Assembly (NCBI GenBank): GCA_963749915.1
Contig: CAVVOP010000022.1
Location: forward strand, 32,001 to 96,000
Reading direction: 5' to 3'
DNA: 64,000 bases
Source: an uncultured cyanobacterium
GTDB lineage: Bacteria > Cyanobacteriota > Cyanobacteriia > Cyanobacteriales > Cyanobacteriaceae
Of the stretch, positions 28,529 to 37,634 are shown one piece after another. How positions within the stretch are numbered: the first letter of the stretch is position 1; each line of letters begins with the position of its first letter. Both the position numbers and the translations under genes were made by a program. The notes beneath the pieces were generated by a model. That model had not been told where the DNA came from, did no database searches, and saw only the letters and a list, made by a program, of their open reading frames with translations.

Positions 28529-30847
28529 TTAAATTTTTTCTAATTTTGTATGGTTCGGATTGATAATTTTTCTGCCAACTTCAAATTCCACCACTAGGGT
28601 ATTTTTCTTTCCTAATCCTAATAAATGGGTGACAATTCCCGCTCCAAAAGTAGGATGATGTAATTGATCTCCTTCTTGCCAATCATGGGATTGAGAAGGA
28701 GACTCGGATTCTTCTTTTGCTTTTTTGGAAATAGATTGGCGAGAGCGCAAATTGCTGGTAATTAAATCTTGCGGCAATTCTTCCAAAAACTGCGAGGGTA
28801 TGCAATAATCTACATTCCCCCAGGAATATCTTTCTCTGGCGTAGGTGATAAATAATTGTTCTTTAGCTCTTGTTATCCCAACATAACATAGTCGTCTTTC
28901 TTCTTCTAAATCCAGGGGATCTCGTAAGCTACGATTATGGGGTAATAAACCTTGCTCAAAACCAACTAAGAAAACGATGGGAAATTCTAGACCTTTTGCT
29001 GAGTGTAAAGTCATCAAAGAAACTGCTTTTTCCCCTTCTTGAAGGTTGTCTAAATCAGAGGCTAAAGCGGCATTACTTAAAAAACTTTCTAAAGTGGGAT
29101 CCTCATTGTCTTCCTGAAATTGAAGCATGGCATTAACTAATTCATTAAGATTTTCTTCTCGGTTTTCCGCTTCATCCGTGCCTTGTTGTTTTAAATCTTC
29201 TAAATAACCAGAAGTATTGAGAATTTGATTGAGGATTTCAGCGGCGGAATTTTCCTTAATTTTTGTTTGACAATCGGTAATCATCTGAGCAAATTGATTA
29301 ACTTTTTTGGCCGCCTTTCCTGCAATAGTATTAACGGAAGTTTCGTCGTTAATAATCTCCCATAATGGAATATTTAATTGTTGAGAAGCCGTTAATAAAT
29401 TATCAATAGTAGTTTTACCAATGCCTCGACGGGGAGTATTAATAATGCGTAATAAACTAACAGTATCTGCAGGGTTAATGATTAAACGTAAATAAGCCAA
29501 AGCGTCTTTAATTTCTTTTCGTTCATAAAACTTCAAACCACCCACTATATTGTAGGGAATATTTTTGTTAATTAACTCATCTTCAAAAGCACGAGATTGA
29601 GCATTAATACGATATAAAATGGCGAAATGCCCCCAATTTAATTCAGGATTTTCTTGCACTAATTGCGAGATTTTCCGACAAGCAAAACTAGCCTCTTCCC
29701 TTTCATTATCCGCTCGATAAGTGTAGATAGTTTCCCCTTCTCCACGGGTAGCTTTTAACACTTTATCAATGCGCTGAGTATTCTTTTCAATTAAATGATT
29801 GGCTACTTGTAAAATGTTTTCTCTTGAACGATAATTTTCTTCTAATTTAACCATCGTTTTAGTTAAATCGTCTGGCAAATTATCTCCAAAGTCTTCTTGG
29901 AAATTTAATAAAATAGTAAAATCTGCCATGCGGAAAGAATAGATTGATTGATCTGCATCCCCTACCACAAAAACTGATCTATTTTGCCAATTCCACTCTT
30001 TTTTATTCGGTTCGTTATTAGTAGATAAAAGCCGAATTAACTCGTATTGAATCTGATTTGTATCTTGATATTCGTCAACTAAAATATGTTGAAATTGTTG
30101 ATGCCAATAACCTAAAACTGATTCATTTTGTTGAAAAATACGAACAGGAATTAACAATAAATCGTCGAAGTCTAAGGCATTATTAGCTGCTAATTGACCT
30201 TGATATTCTTCGTAAATTTCGGCGATAACCCTTCCCTTATAATCTTGATTTTGTTCAGCGTATTTTTGAGGAGAGAAGCCCAAGTTTTTAATATTACTGA
30301 CTGCATAACGCATTTTTCGAGGTTCAAATTTTTTATCATCAAGATTTAACTTTTTAGTCACAATTTGCTTAAATAAACTTTGCACATCTGACTCATCTAA
30401 AATCGTAAAATTTCTTTGCCAAACTCGTCCTTTATCATCTTGATATTTATTTATATCATAACGGAGAATTTTAGCACATAAACTGTGGAAAGTTCCCACC
30501 CAAAGAGGTTTAATTGTGTTGCGATAAACATTAGACCTAATTTGTTTCTGCTCTAATTCGGGTAATAAATCCCATCTTTGCCCGTGTTTTTCTTCCGCCA
30601 TTCGTTGAGCAAAAATTGTCTCAATTCTTTCTTTCATCTCTCGCGCCGCTTTATTGGTAAAAGTAACAGCTAAAATATTTTCTGGGGCAACTTTATGGGT
30701 TAAAATTAAATTAGCAATACGATAGGTTAACGCTCTAGTTTTTCCTGAACCTGCACCTGCTACTACTAATAAAGGTCCGCAAAAATGTTCCACGGATTGA
30801 CGTTGAGAGAGGTTAAGATGATTGAGAAAATCCAGATTAGAGTTCAT
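28529..30847 (-). CDS. pcrA: DNA helicase PcrA/UvrD
   Basis: AGAGSGKT, VDEYQD, ENYRS, TLHSAKGLEF, EERRLCYVGITRA. Confidence 0.96.
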   Translation of the reverse strand: MNSNLDFLNHLNLSQRQSVEHFCGPLLVVAGAGSGKTRALTYRIANLILTHKVAPENILAVTFTNKAAREMKERIETIFAQRMAEEKHGQRWDLLPELEQKQIRSNVYRNTIKPLWVGTFHSLCAKILRYDINKYQDDKGRVWQRNFTILDESDVQSLFKQIVTKKLNLDDKKFEPRKMRYAVSNIKNLGFSPQKYAEQNQDYKGRVIAEIYEEYQGQLAANNALDFDDLLLIPVRIFQQNESVLGYWHQQFQHILVDEYQDTNQIQYELIRLLSTNNEPNKKEWNWQNRSVFVVGDADQSIYSFRMADFTILLNFQEDFGDNLPDDLTKTMVKLEENYRSRENILQVANHLIEKNTQRIDKVLKATRGEGETIYTYRADNEREEASFACRKISQLVQENPELNWGHFAILYRINAQSRAFEDELINKNIPYNIVGGLKFYERKEIKDALAYLRLIINPADTVSLLRIINTPRRGIGKTTIDNLLTASQQLNIPLWEIINDETSVNTIAGKAAKKVNQFAQMITDCQTKIKENSAAEILNQILNTSGYLEDLKQQGTDEAENREENLNELVNAMLQFQEDNEDPTLESFLSNAALASDLDNLQEGEKAVSLMTLHSAKGLEFPIVFLVGFEQGLLPHNRSLRDPLDLEEERRLCYVGITRAKEQLFITYARERYSWGNVDYCIPSQFLEELPQDLITSNLRSRQSISKKAKEESESPSQSHDWQEGDQLHHPTFGAGIVTHLLGLGKKNTLVVEFEVGRKIINPNHTKLEKI

Positions 30848-31025
30848 GGGTTGAGGACATTTTAAAGAGCAGCAGACCCCATTTTAGCACAGAATAGCAA
30901 TGGACAATTGATCATGGCAAATAGACAACTAATTTATCCGTAAAGGATTGGTTGAATAAAAGTAAATAAAAATAATTATAAATCAATTAAATTAACATCA
31001 AAATTTTAGGATTAAATCAAACAAT

Positions 31026-31059
31026 AAAAAGAGACATAAATTATTCACTTATGCCTCTT
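31026..31059 (-). terminator. Probable intrinsic terminator downstream of crhR
   Basis: Minus-strand stem AAGAGGCATAA/TTATGTCTCTT followed by Ts. Confidence 0.55.
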
Positions 31060-31072
31060 AATTATTAATTAG

Positions 31073-32557
31073 TTATCTTGCTTTCACGGGGCGATCGTAA
31101 TTACGTTTGGGCTTACCGCTTCCACCACCGCCGTAGCCTTGTTTCCGTTCATAACTACCGCTACCACGACTTCCGTATTTACGTCCTGAAGAACTACCTT
31201 TACGGCCACTAATATTCGGTTTAGGAGTAGATGGAGGTGGCACTTCCCAATCTTGTTGTAACCATGCAGGACAATTGGCATCGTATAAAATTTGTAATGT
31301 TGCCGCAGCGATGGCACTAGGTTCATATTCGCCGTGTAGTTCTTTGATTAAAGGTAAAAAAGAAGCTAACCTTTCACCGGCAAGGGATTCCTTAATTTGT
31401 TCGGTGAGTTTCTGCATCCGCTTGGCTTCCACCGTAGAACGATTAGGGATGTTTTCCACACGGATAGTTTGATTCACACGACGCTCAATTTGACGCAGTA
31501 AACGACGATCGCTAGGTTCAACTAAAGCAATAGCTTTACCCTCTTTTCCTGCCCTTCCTGTGCGCCCGATACGGTGAATATAAGTCTCACTGTTATCAGG
31601 TAAATCAAAATTGAAGACGTGGGTTAAATCGGAAACGTCCAACCCTCTTGCTGCTATATCGGTGGCTACGACGACTTTAACCTTACCTTCACGCCAACGT
31701 TGAATTAAACGTTCCCGTTGTTGTTGGCTTAAGTCACCGTGATATTCGTCCACACTTTGACCAGCTTCCTGTAACTTAGCCGTTACTTCAGAAGCAGTAC
31801 GTTTAGTGCGCACAAAAATAATTGCAGTTTGAGGATCCTCGATTTCCAAAATCGGTTGAATTGCCTTGACTTTTGACCAACCACGAGGCACCATATAAAC
31901 TACTTGGTCAATACGAGAAGGAGTATCTTGGGGTTTTTCTCCTGTAATACTAACGGGATCACGCATAAACTCGTTGACCAACTGCTTGATCTCACGAGGC
32001 ATAGTAGCTGAGAAACAAGTGGTTTGACGACCATCGGGGGTGGTTGAGAGAATTTGTTTGACATCATCAATGAAGCCCATGCTTAACATTTCGTCAGCTT
32101 CATCAAGTACCACATATTTTAAAGAATCGAATCTTAAATGTTTGCGATGTAATAAATCAATAATACGTCCGGGTGTACCAACCACAATATGAGCACCTTT
32201 TTCTAAAAAGCGAATTTGACGCTCCATAGATTGCCCACCATAAACGGTTAAAACATGAATACGTTGTTTACCAATCAAATCTTTAAGCGCTTCTGCTACC
32301 TGTTGAGCTAACTCTCTGGTGGGAGCTAGAATTAAGGCTTGAACCTCCTTTGCATTGCGATCGATCCGATCTAAAATAGGCAAAGAATAAGCGGCAGTTT
32401 TACCAGTACCAGTTTGGGATTGTCCCACAACATCACGACCTAAAATTAATTCAGGGATAGCTAAAGTTTGAATCTTTGTGGGAGTGGAAAAACCAAGATT
32501 TTCTACTTGAGCAACGAGAGATTCTGAAAGTCCTAAACTTGCGAAAGAAGTTGTCAT
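31073..32557 (-). CDS. crhR: DEAD-box RNA helicase CrhR-like
   Basis: QTGTGKT, PTRELA, DEAD, SAT, HRIGRTGRAG. Lies downstream of rimO as in Synechocystis. Start taken at MTTSF (32557). Confidence 0.9.
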   Translation of the reverse strand: MTTSFASLGLSESLVAQVENLGFSTPTKIQTLAIPELILGRDVVGQSQTGTGKTAAYSLPILDRIDRNAKEVQALILAPTRELAQQVAEALKDLIGKQRIHVLTVYGGQSMERQIRFLEKGAHIVVGTPGRIIDLLHRKHLRFDSLKYVVLDEADEMLSMGFIDDVKQILSTTPDGRQTTCFSATMPREIKQLVNEFMRDPVSITGEKPQDTPSRIDQVVYMVPRGWSKVKAIQPILEIEDPQTAIIFVRTKRTASEVTAKLQEAGQSVDEYHGDLSQQQRERLIQRWREGKVKVVVATDIAARGLDVSDLTHVFNFDLPDNSETYIHRIGRTGRAGKEGKAIALVEPSDRRLLRQIERRVNQTIRVENIPNRSTVEAKRMQKLTEQIKESLAGERLASFLPLIKELHGEYEPSAIAAATLQILYDANCPAWLQQDWEVPPPSTPKPNISGRKGSSSGRKYGSRGSGSYERKQGYGGGGSGKPKRNYDRPVKAR

Positions 32558-32861
32558 CTGTATAATTAAATATGAATTGTTTAACTTAAAATATCTCGAC
32601 AGATGAAGGGGAAAAACAATCCGGGGAAGCAAAACTGGTAACGGTAAGGAGGGATATTAGTGATAGACACCTGACTATCGGACAAAGATCTGATAACGAA
32701 TAAATTATGCCATTAAGTCCTTACTTTTCGATTCTTACTTCTAAGGATACTCTTCCTTTGAGATAACTATCTAGTAAACAGAGTTAGATTTTCTCCATTA
32801 TCTCCTTGATAAGGGGATTTAGGGGGTATTTTTGTAACCACTAAATTACTTAGGAGGTTTA

Positions 32862-34181
32862 CTAATTTATCTCAATTTCACCATAGAGATCATAGACATC
32901 GGCTGAGGTAATCCTGACTGATGTTATTGAACCTAGATCTGCTGTACCTTGAACATAGACTAAACCATCTACTTCAGGGGCAAAACGAGGTGCACGACCA
33001 ATCAATTCTCCTGTCATGGGGTTTTCTTGTTCAATTAACACCGGTACAATTTTACCGACTTCCGCTTGATTTTTAGCAGCGGCGATGGGCTGTTGTACTT
33101 CCATTAATTGATTTCGACGAGCTTGTTTTATCTCTTCGGGAACTTGATCACTTAAATCATAAGCCTTTGTTCCTTCTTCGGGAGAAAATGTAAACACACC
33201 CACATGATCAAATTGATGCCTTTTAACAAATTGTAACAAATGATCGAAGTTTTGTTGCGTTTCTCCCGGAAACCCCACAATAAAAGTTGTTCGCATTACT
33301 GCATTGGGTAAAGCTAGTTTTATACGCTCGATAATTTCATCGTTGACTTTCCCTTGCCAAGGGCGGTTCATACTCTTTAAAATGTCAGGATGAGAATGTT
33401 GTAGGGGTAAGTCTAAATAGGGCAATACATTAGAAGTTTCAGTTATAGCCTCAATAACCTTATCCGTCAACCCAGTGGGATAAGCATAATGTATTCTAAC
33501 CCAGGGAATATCCACCTTCCCTAAGGCCCGTAGCAATTGTGCTAATTTTGGTTCACCGTATAAGTCAACACCATAATTAGTGGTAATTTGGGAGATTAAG
33601 ATTAACTCTTTAACTCCTTCCTCCGCCAATTGTTGAGCTTCCTTGAGAATAGAATCAATTGTACGGGATCTTTGATTTCCTCGTAAATGAGGGATAATGC
33701 AAAAAGCACAACGATAATCACAACCTTCGGCAACTCTTAAATAAGCTACCCCTTCGGAGGTAGTGCGATAACGGGGAATATTTTCATCGGCGAGAAAAGT
33801 AGGTTCAGCCGAAACCGCTTTTACTCTTTCCCCAGTCTCTACTCGTTCAATAATTTGGACAATATTTTGGTAGTCACCCGTACCAACTAAAGCCACAGCT
33901 TCAGGTAATTCCGCCAATAATTCTTCTTGGAAATGCTGTGCCATGCAACCAGAGATAATAATTTTTTTCTGGTTTTCTGCTAATTCTACTAAAGTTCTAA
34001 CGGATTCTCGACGAGCCGATTCTATAAAACTACAGGTATTAACAATAACATAATCGGCTAATTCTTCGGTGTTATCTATTGGGTAGCCCGATTGTGCTAA
34101 CAAACCGAGCATGTGTTCAGAATCGATCCGATTTTTTTCGCATCCTAAGTGAGAAACGGCTATTATTGGCTTATTGCCCAT
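32862..34181 (-). CDS. rimO: Ribosomal protein S12 methylthiotransferase
   Basis: [25 protein letters not shown] radical-SAM motif, C-terminal TRAM. Start taken at MGNKP. Confidence 0.95.
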   Translation of the reverse strand: MGNKPIIAVSHLGCEKNRIDSEHMLGLLAQSGYPIDNTEELADYVIVNTCSFIESARRESVRTLVELAENQKKIIISGCMAQHFQEELLAELPEAVALVGTGDYQNIVQIIERVETGERVKAVSAEPTFLADENIPRYRTTSEGVAYLRVAEGCDYRCAFCIIPHLRGNQRSRTIDSILKEAQQLAEEGVKELILISQITTNYGVDLYGEPKLAQLLRALGKVDIPWVRIHYAYPTGLTDKVIEAITETSNVLPYLDLPLQHSHPDILKSMNRPWQGKVNDEIIERIKLALPNAVMRTTFIVGFPGETQQNFDHLLQFVKRHQFDHVGVFTFSPEEGTKAYDLSDQVPEEIKQARRNQLMEVQQPIAAAKNQAEVGKIVPVLIEQENPMTGELIGRAPRFAPEVDGLVYVQGTADLGSITSVRITSADVYDLYGEIEIN

Positions 34182-34309
34182 ATTTAACGATGGTGTAACT
34201 TTCCTACAACGATTATTTGATGAGTAGCTTACTAAGCATAACAGATTTGGGAATTTATTGCACAAATATAAAGGATTTTCGGCAAAAAATTAAGGCTAAA
34301 TTTCAATAA

Positions 34310-35416
34310 CTAAGCTAAACCTTCGATAGCGGGATGGAAATAAAAGGCTAAACCAATTACTGCATAAGTGGCTAATAATAAAACCCCTTCTAACCAGTTA
34401 GAGTTGCCGTCAGAACTGATAGAATTGGCGATTAAGACAGACACTACCACTGCCACTAATTCGAAGGGATTGAAATTTAGGTCCATTGGTTGTCCAATTA
34501 TCCAACCTGCTATTACTAAAACTGGTGCCACAAATAAAGCGATTTGTAAACTTGATCCTAGTGCCACAGACACCGATAAGTCCATTTTATTTTTCATTGC
34601 CACTGTTACGGCCGTAGCGTGTTCGGCGGCGTTACCGATAATCGGTAGGAAAATCACTCCTGTAAATAAGGCGGGTAAACCTAAGTCTTCTGTGGCTTTT
34701 TCTAAGGATTCCACCAGTAATTCCGACTCGACTGCTACCCCCAGAGTCACAATCAATAAAACTCCTACCCATAATAAGATATTCGGTTGATAGGGTGGTT
34801 TTTCGTCTTCTTGTTCATTTTCCGCTATACCCACATCATATAGGTAAGAATGGGTTTTCATGGAGAACAACAGGGTTAGTATATAAACACTGATTAAAAC
34901 TATGGCAACGGCAACGGATAAGGTTTGTAATGTTTCCGATGCTATGCCCGTGGAGGTGTATTGTACCGCAGTAGGTAATAATATCGCAATCACAGCTAAA
35001 TTCATGGAGGAAGCATTTAAACGGGCAGCTGTGGGGGGAAAATTCTGCTCTTTATAGCGTAATCCACCCAAAAACATCGCAAATCCCATAACTAACAGCA
35101 AATTACTAATAATTGAGCCTGTCAACGTTGCTTTTACTACCTGTACTAATCCACTTTTTAAGGCGATAAAGGCTAAAATTAATTCTGTAGCGTTACCGAA
35201 TGTCGCATTTAATAATCCGCCTAAATTCGGTCCTAAAACTACAGCGATTTCTTCTGTGGCAAGCCCCATGAATGCCGCTAGAGGTATAATCGCCATGGCT
35301 GAGGTTAAAAATATTACCACCTCACTCCAATGCAGAAAATATCCGGCAATGGAGATAGGGATAAATACTAATAAAATGGAAAAGATGAGATTTTTATTCA
35401 TATTTGAGACATTCAA
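34310..35416 (-). CDS. cax: Calcium/proton exchanger (CAX/ChaA)
   Basis: GLLNATFGNATE and GNAAEH alpha-repeat motifs. Confidence 0.93.
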   Translation of the reverse strand: MNVSNMNKNLIFSILLVFIPISIAGYFLHWSEVVIFLTSAMAIIPLAAFMGLATEEIAVVLGPNLGGLLNATFGNATELILAFIALKSGLVQVVKATLTGSIISNLLLVMGFAMFLGGLRYKEQNFPPTAARLNASSMNLAVIAILLPTAVQYTSTGIASETLQTLSVAVAIVLISVYILTLLFSMKTHSYLYDVGIAENEQEDEKPPYQPNILLWVGVLLIVTLGVAVESELLVESLEKATEDLGLPALFTGVIFLPIIGNAAEHATAVTVAMKNKMDLSVSVALGSSLQIALFVAPVLVIAGWIIGQPMDLNFNPFELVAVVVSVLIANSISSDGNSNWLEGVLLLATYAVIGLAFYFHPAIEGLA

Positions 35417-35562
35417 GGATTAATAATTATAATGATACACTGTCTTTTTTTTTAGAGCATAAAAAGTTATTTTCTTAAATTTTATTATTATATAATTAGT
35501 GGTCAAATTAGAGTTTTTTATAAGTAAAATATATTAAAAATAGATTATCAAATAAAATAAAT

Positions 35563-36786
35563 ATGAATAAAAATAGCGATGAAATAAAGAGAATTTTGTT
35601 TATTAGTAATGGTCATGGTGAGGACTTAAATAGTAGTTTAATGGCTGAGGCCTTACACTTTCTTAATAGCAATTTAACTATTGATGCTTTTCCCATTGTC
35701 GGCGAAGGGAAATCCTATATTCATAAAAATATTAATATAGTTGCTCCCTTACAATCTATGCCATCAGGCGGCATTTTTTATCTCAATATTATTAACCTGA
35801 TTAAGGATGTCTTTTCGGGATTAATTGCCTTAACTGTCAAACAATTTATTACTATTAATAAAATTAAAAATAATTATGACTTAATTATAGCAGTTGGTGA
35901 TATTGTTCCGCTTTTTTTTGCTTATTTAACAGGTAAAAATTATGTGAGTTTTTTAGTAGCTAATTCTAGTTATTATGAGGGAAAATTAAAACTTCCTTTT
36001 TTCACTAATTTATTATTACGCTCTCGTCATTGTCAACTAATTTTTGCAAAAGACAAATTCACCGCCGAGGATTTACAAAATCAAGGGTTAATGAAGACCA
36101 TATGTGAAGGTTATCCCATTATGGATGCGTTAAAACCCACCCAAAAAAATCTGGAATTATCTCCATACACACCGATGATTGCCTTATTACCCGGTAGCCG
36201 TTTACCCGAAGCCTTGCATAACTTTAGCCTACAGTTAGAAATCTGTGAGACTTTAGTCAGAATATCCAGGAAGCATTGGCAGTTTCGCGGGGCATTCGTA
36301 CCAAGTATTACTGATAGTGACCTAAAAGCGATCGCCGATAATCTGGGGTGGCAATATGATTCAGGGGTTTTGAGTAAAGAAATTGATGGTAAAAATGTTT
36401 TACTGAAGGTTTATGATGATGCCTTTGCGGATATTTTACTACAATGTAACCTTGTATTAGGTATGGCAGGAACGGCAGTAGAACAGGCTGTAGGTCTAGG
36501 TAAACCAGTAATACAAATACCCGGAAAAGGTCCTCAATTTACCTATCGATTCGCTGAAGCACAAATGAGATTATTAGGTATTAATGCCATTACCATTGAT
36601 GATTATGGTGATAAAACCTTGATTTGCGAGAAAACTGCCACAAAAGTAATAGAGGTTTTAGCGGATCAAGAATTTTTGGCTAAGTGTATTGATAACGGTA
36701 AACAGAGAATTGGAGGGGTAGGTGCATCATTGAAAATGGCAAGAAAAATCGTTTTAACAATGAAGAAAGAATTCACGGTGGGCTAA
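35563..36786 (+). CDS. Lipid-A-disaccharide synthase-related protein, second paralog
   Basis: ISNGHGED, MPSGG, LLPGSR, MAGTAVEQAVGLGKP. Confidence 0.85.
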   Translation: MNKNSDEIKRILFISNGHGEDLNSSLMAEALHFLNSNLTIDAFPIVGEGKSYIHKNINIVAPLQSMPSGGIFYLNIINLIKDVFSGLIALTVKQFITINKIKNNYDLIIAVGDIVPLFFAYLTGKNYVSFLVANSSYYEGKLKLPFFTNLLLRSRHCQLIFAKDKFTAEDLQNQGLMKTICEGYPIMDALKPTQKNLELSPYTPMIALLPGSRLPEALHNFSLQLEICETLVRISRKHWQFRGAFVPSITDSDLKAIADNLGWQYDSGVLSKEIDGKNVLLKVYDDAFADILLQCNLVLGMAGTAVEQAVGLGKPVIQIPGKGPQFTYRFAEAQMRLLGINAITIDDYGDKTLICEKTATKVIEVLADQEFLAKCIDNGKQRIGGVGASLKMARKIVLTMKKEFTVG

Positions 36787-36874
36787 AATTTTGGCTACCC
36801 CCTTGACAAATCATCATGACTGAAAAGTCAGATCCTGGCTAACCATTTTCTGATAAGCACCTAGACAAAATTAA

Positions 36875-37402
36875 TTATATAAGTTGATATGATAGCCTCA
36901 ATTGTTTATATATTGCCTGTTTTTGTTCATCATCATATCCCCAACGATTTAAAAACTCTTGATAAACTCCTTTTTCCTCATAAATAGTATTAACTAATAG
37001 CTCAATTTTTTCCTTAATTTGATGTAAAGATAATTGGCTAATTAAAGTTAAAGTTCTTTCCGTTACCCTAGTGGATTTTTCGGCCATTTCCAGATGATTA
37101 TTCCGTTGATGAGTTATTTTCATCGCCGTTGACATCGCTACATTTTTAACTAATAATTCGCTGACAATTTCTGGTGAGTTTTTTAATCCTGCGACAATGC
37201 CCGATGATTTTTCATCTACCACAGGATTATCGTTAGTTAAGTAGGTAACAAAAAAACCCCTTGCACCATTTTCCGTTAACACTAATGATGAAACGATGGC
37301 CTCTTTTTCTGACTCCGATAATTGAGGAATTTCGTTGATAAACTTTTGTGTTAAGGCAATGGCTTCTTCAAAGGTAATATTTTTTTCTGCTCTTAAATTC
37401 AT
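36875..37402 (-). CDS. Conserved cyanobacterial hypothetical protein
   Basis: 175 aa helical ORF; NGARGFFVTYL and FLNRWGYD look like conserved blocks. Confidence 0.7.
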   Translation of the reverse strand: MNLRAEKNITFEEAIALTQKFINEIPQLSESEKEAIVSSLVLTENGARGFFVTYLTNDNPVVDEKSSGIVAGLKNSPEIVSELLVKNVAMSTAMKITHQRNNHLEMAEKSTRVTERTLTLISQLSLHQIKEKIELLVNTIYEEKGVYQEFLNRWGYDDEQKQAIYKQLRLSYQLI

Positions 37403-37634
37403 AAATTTTTGCCAAAATAGAAATAGAATAAAAATCGATCGCCTTGTTTAAATTATATAATATAAACTTAGCCTTGCTCATTAATTACCATTAGACAATG
37501 AGTTACTAAAAATTTATCAAAGTGCCTTAAAATATGTTAAGCAAAAAGTGAGTACTCTGTTAATTTTCCTGATAATTGTCCTTATACTTTAAACTAAATT
37601 TTAGATCAAGATTACTTTTAATTTAACAATCAAA

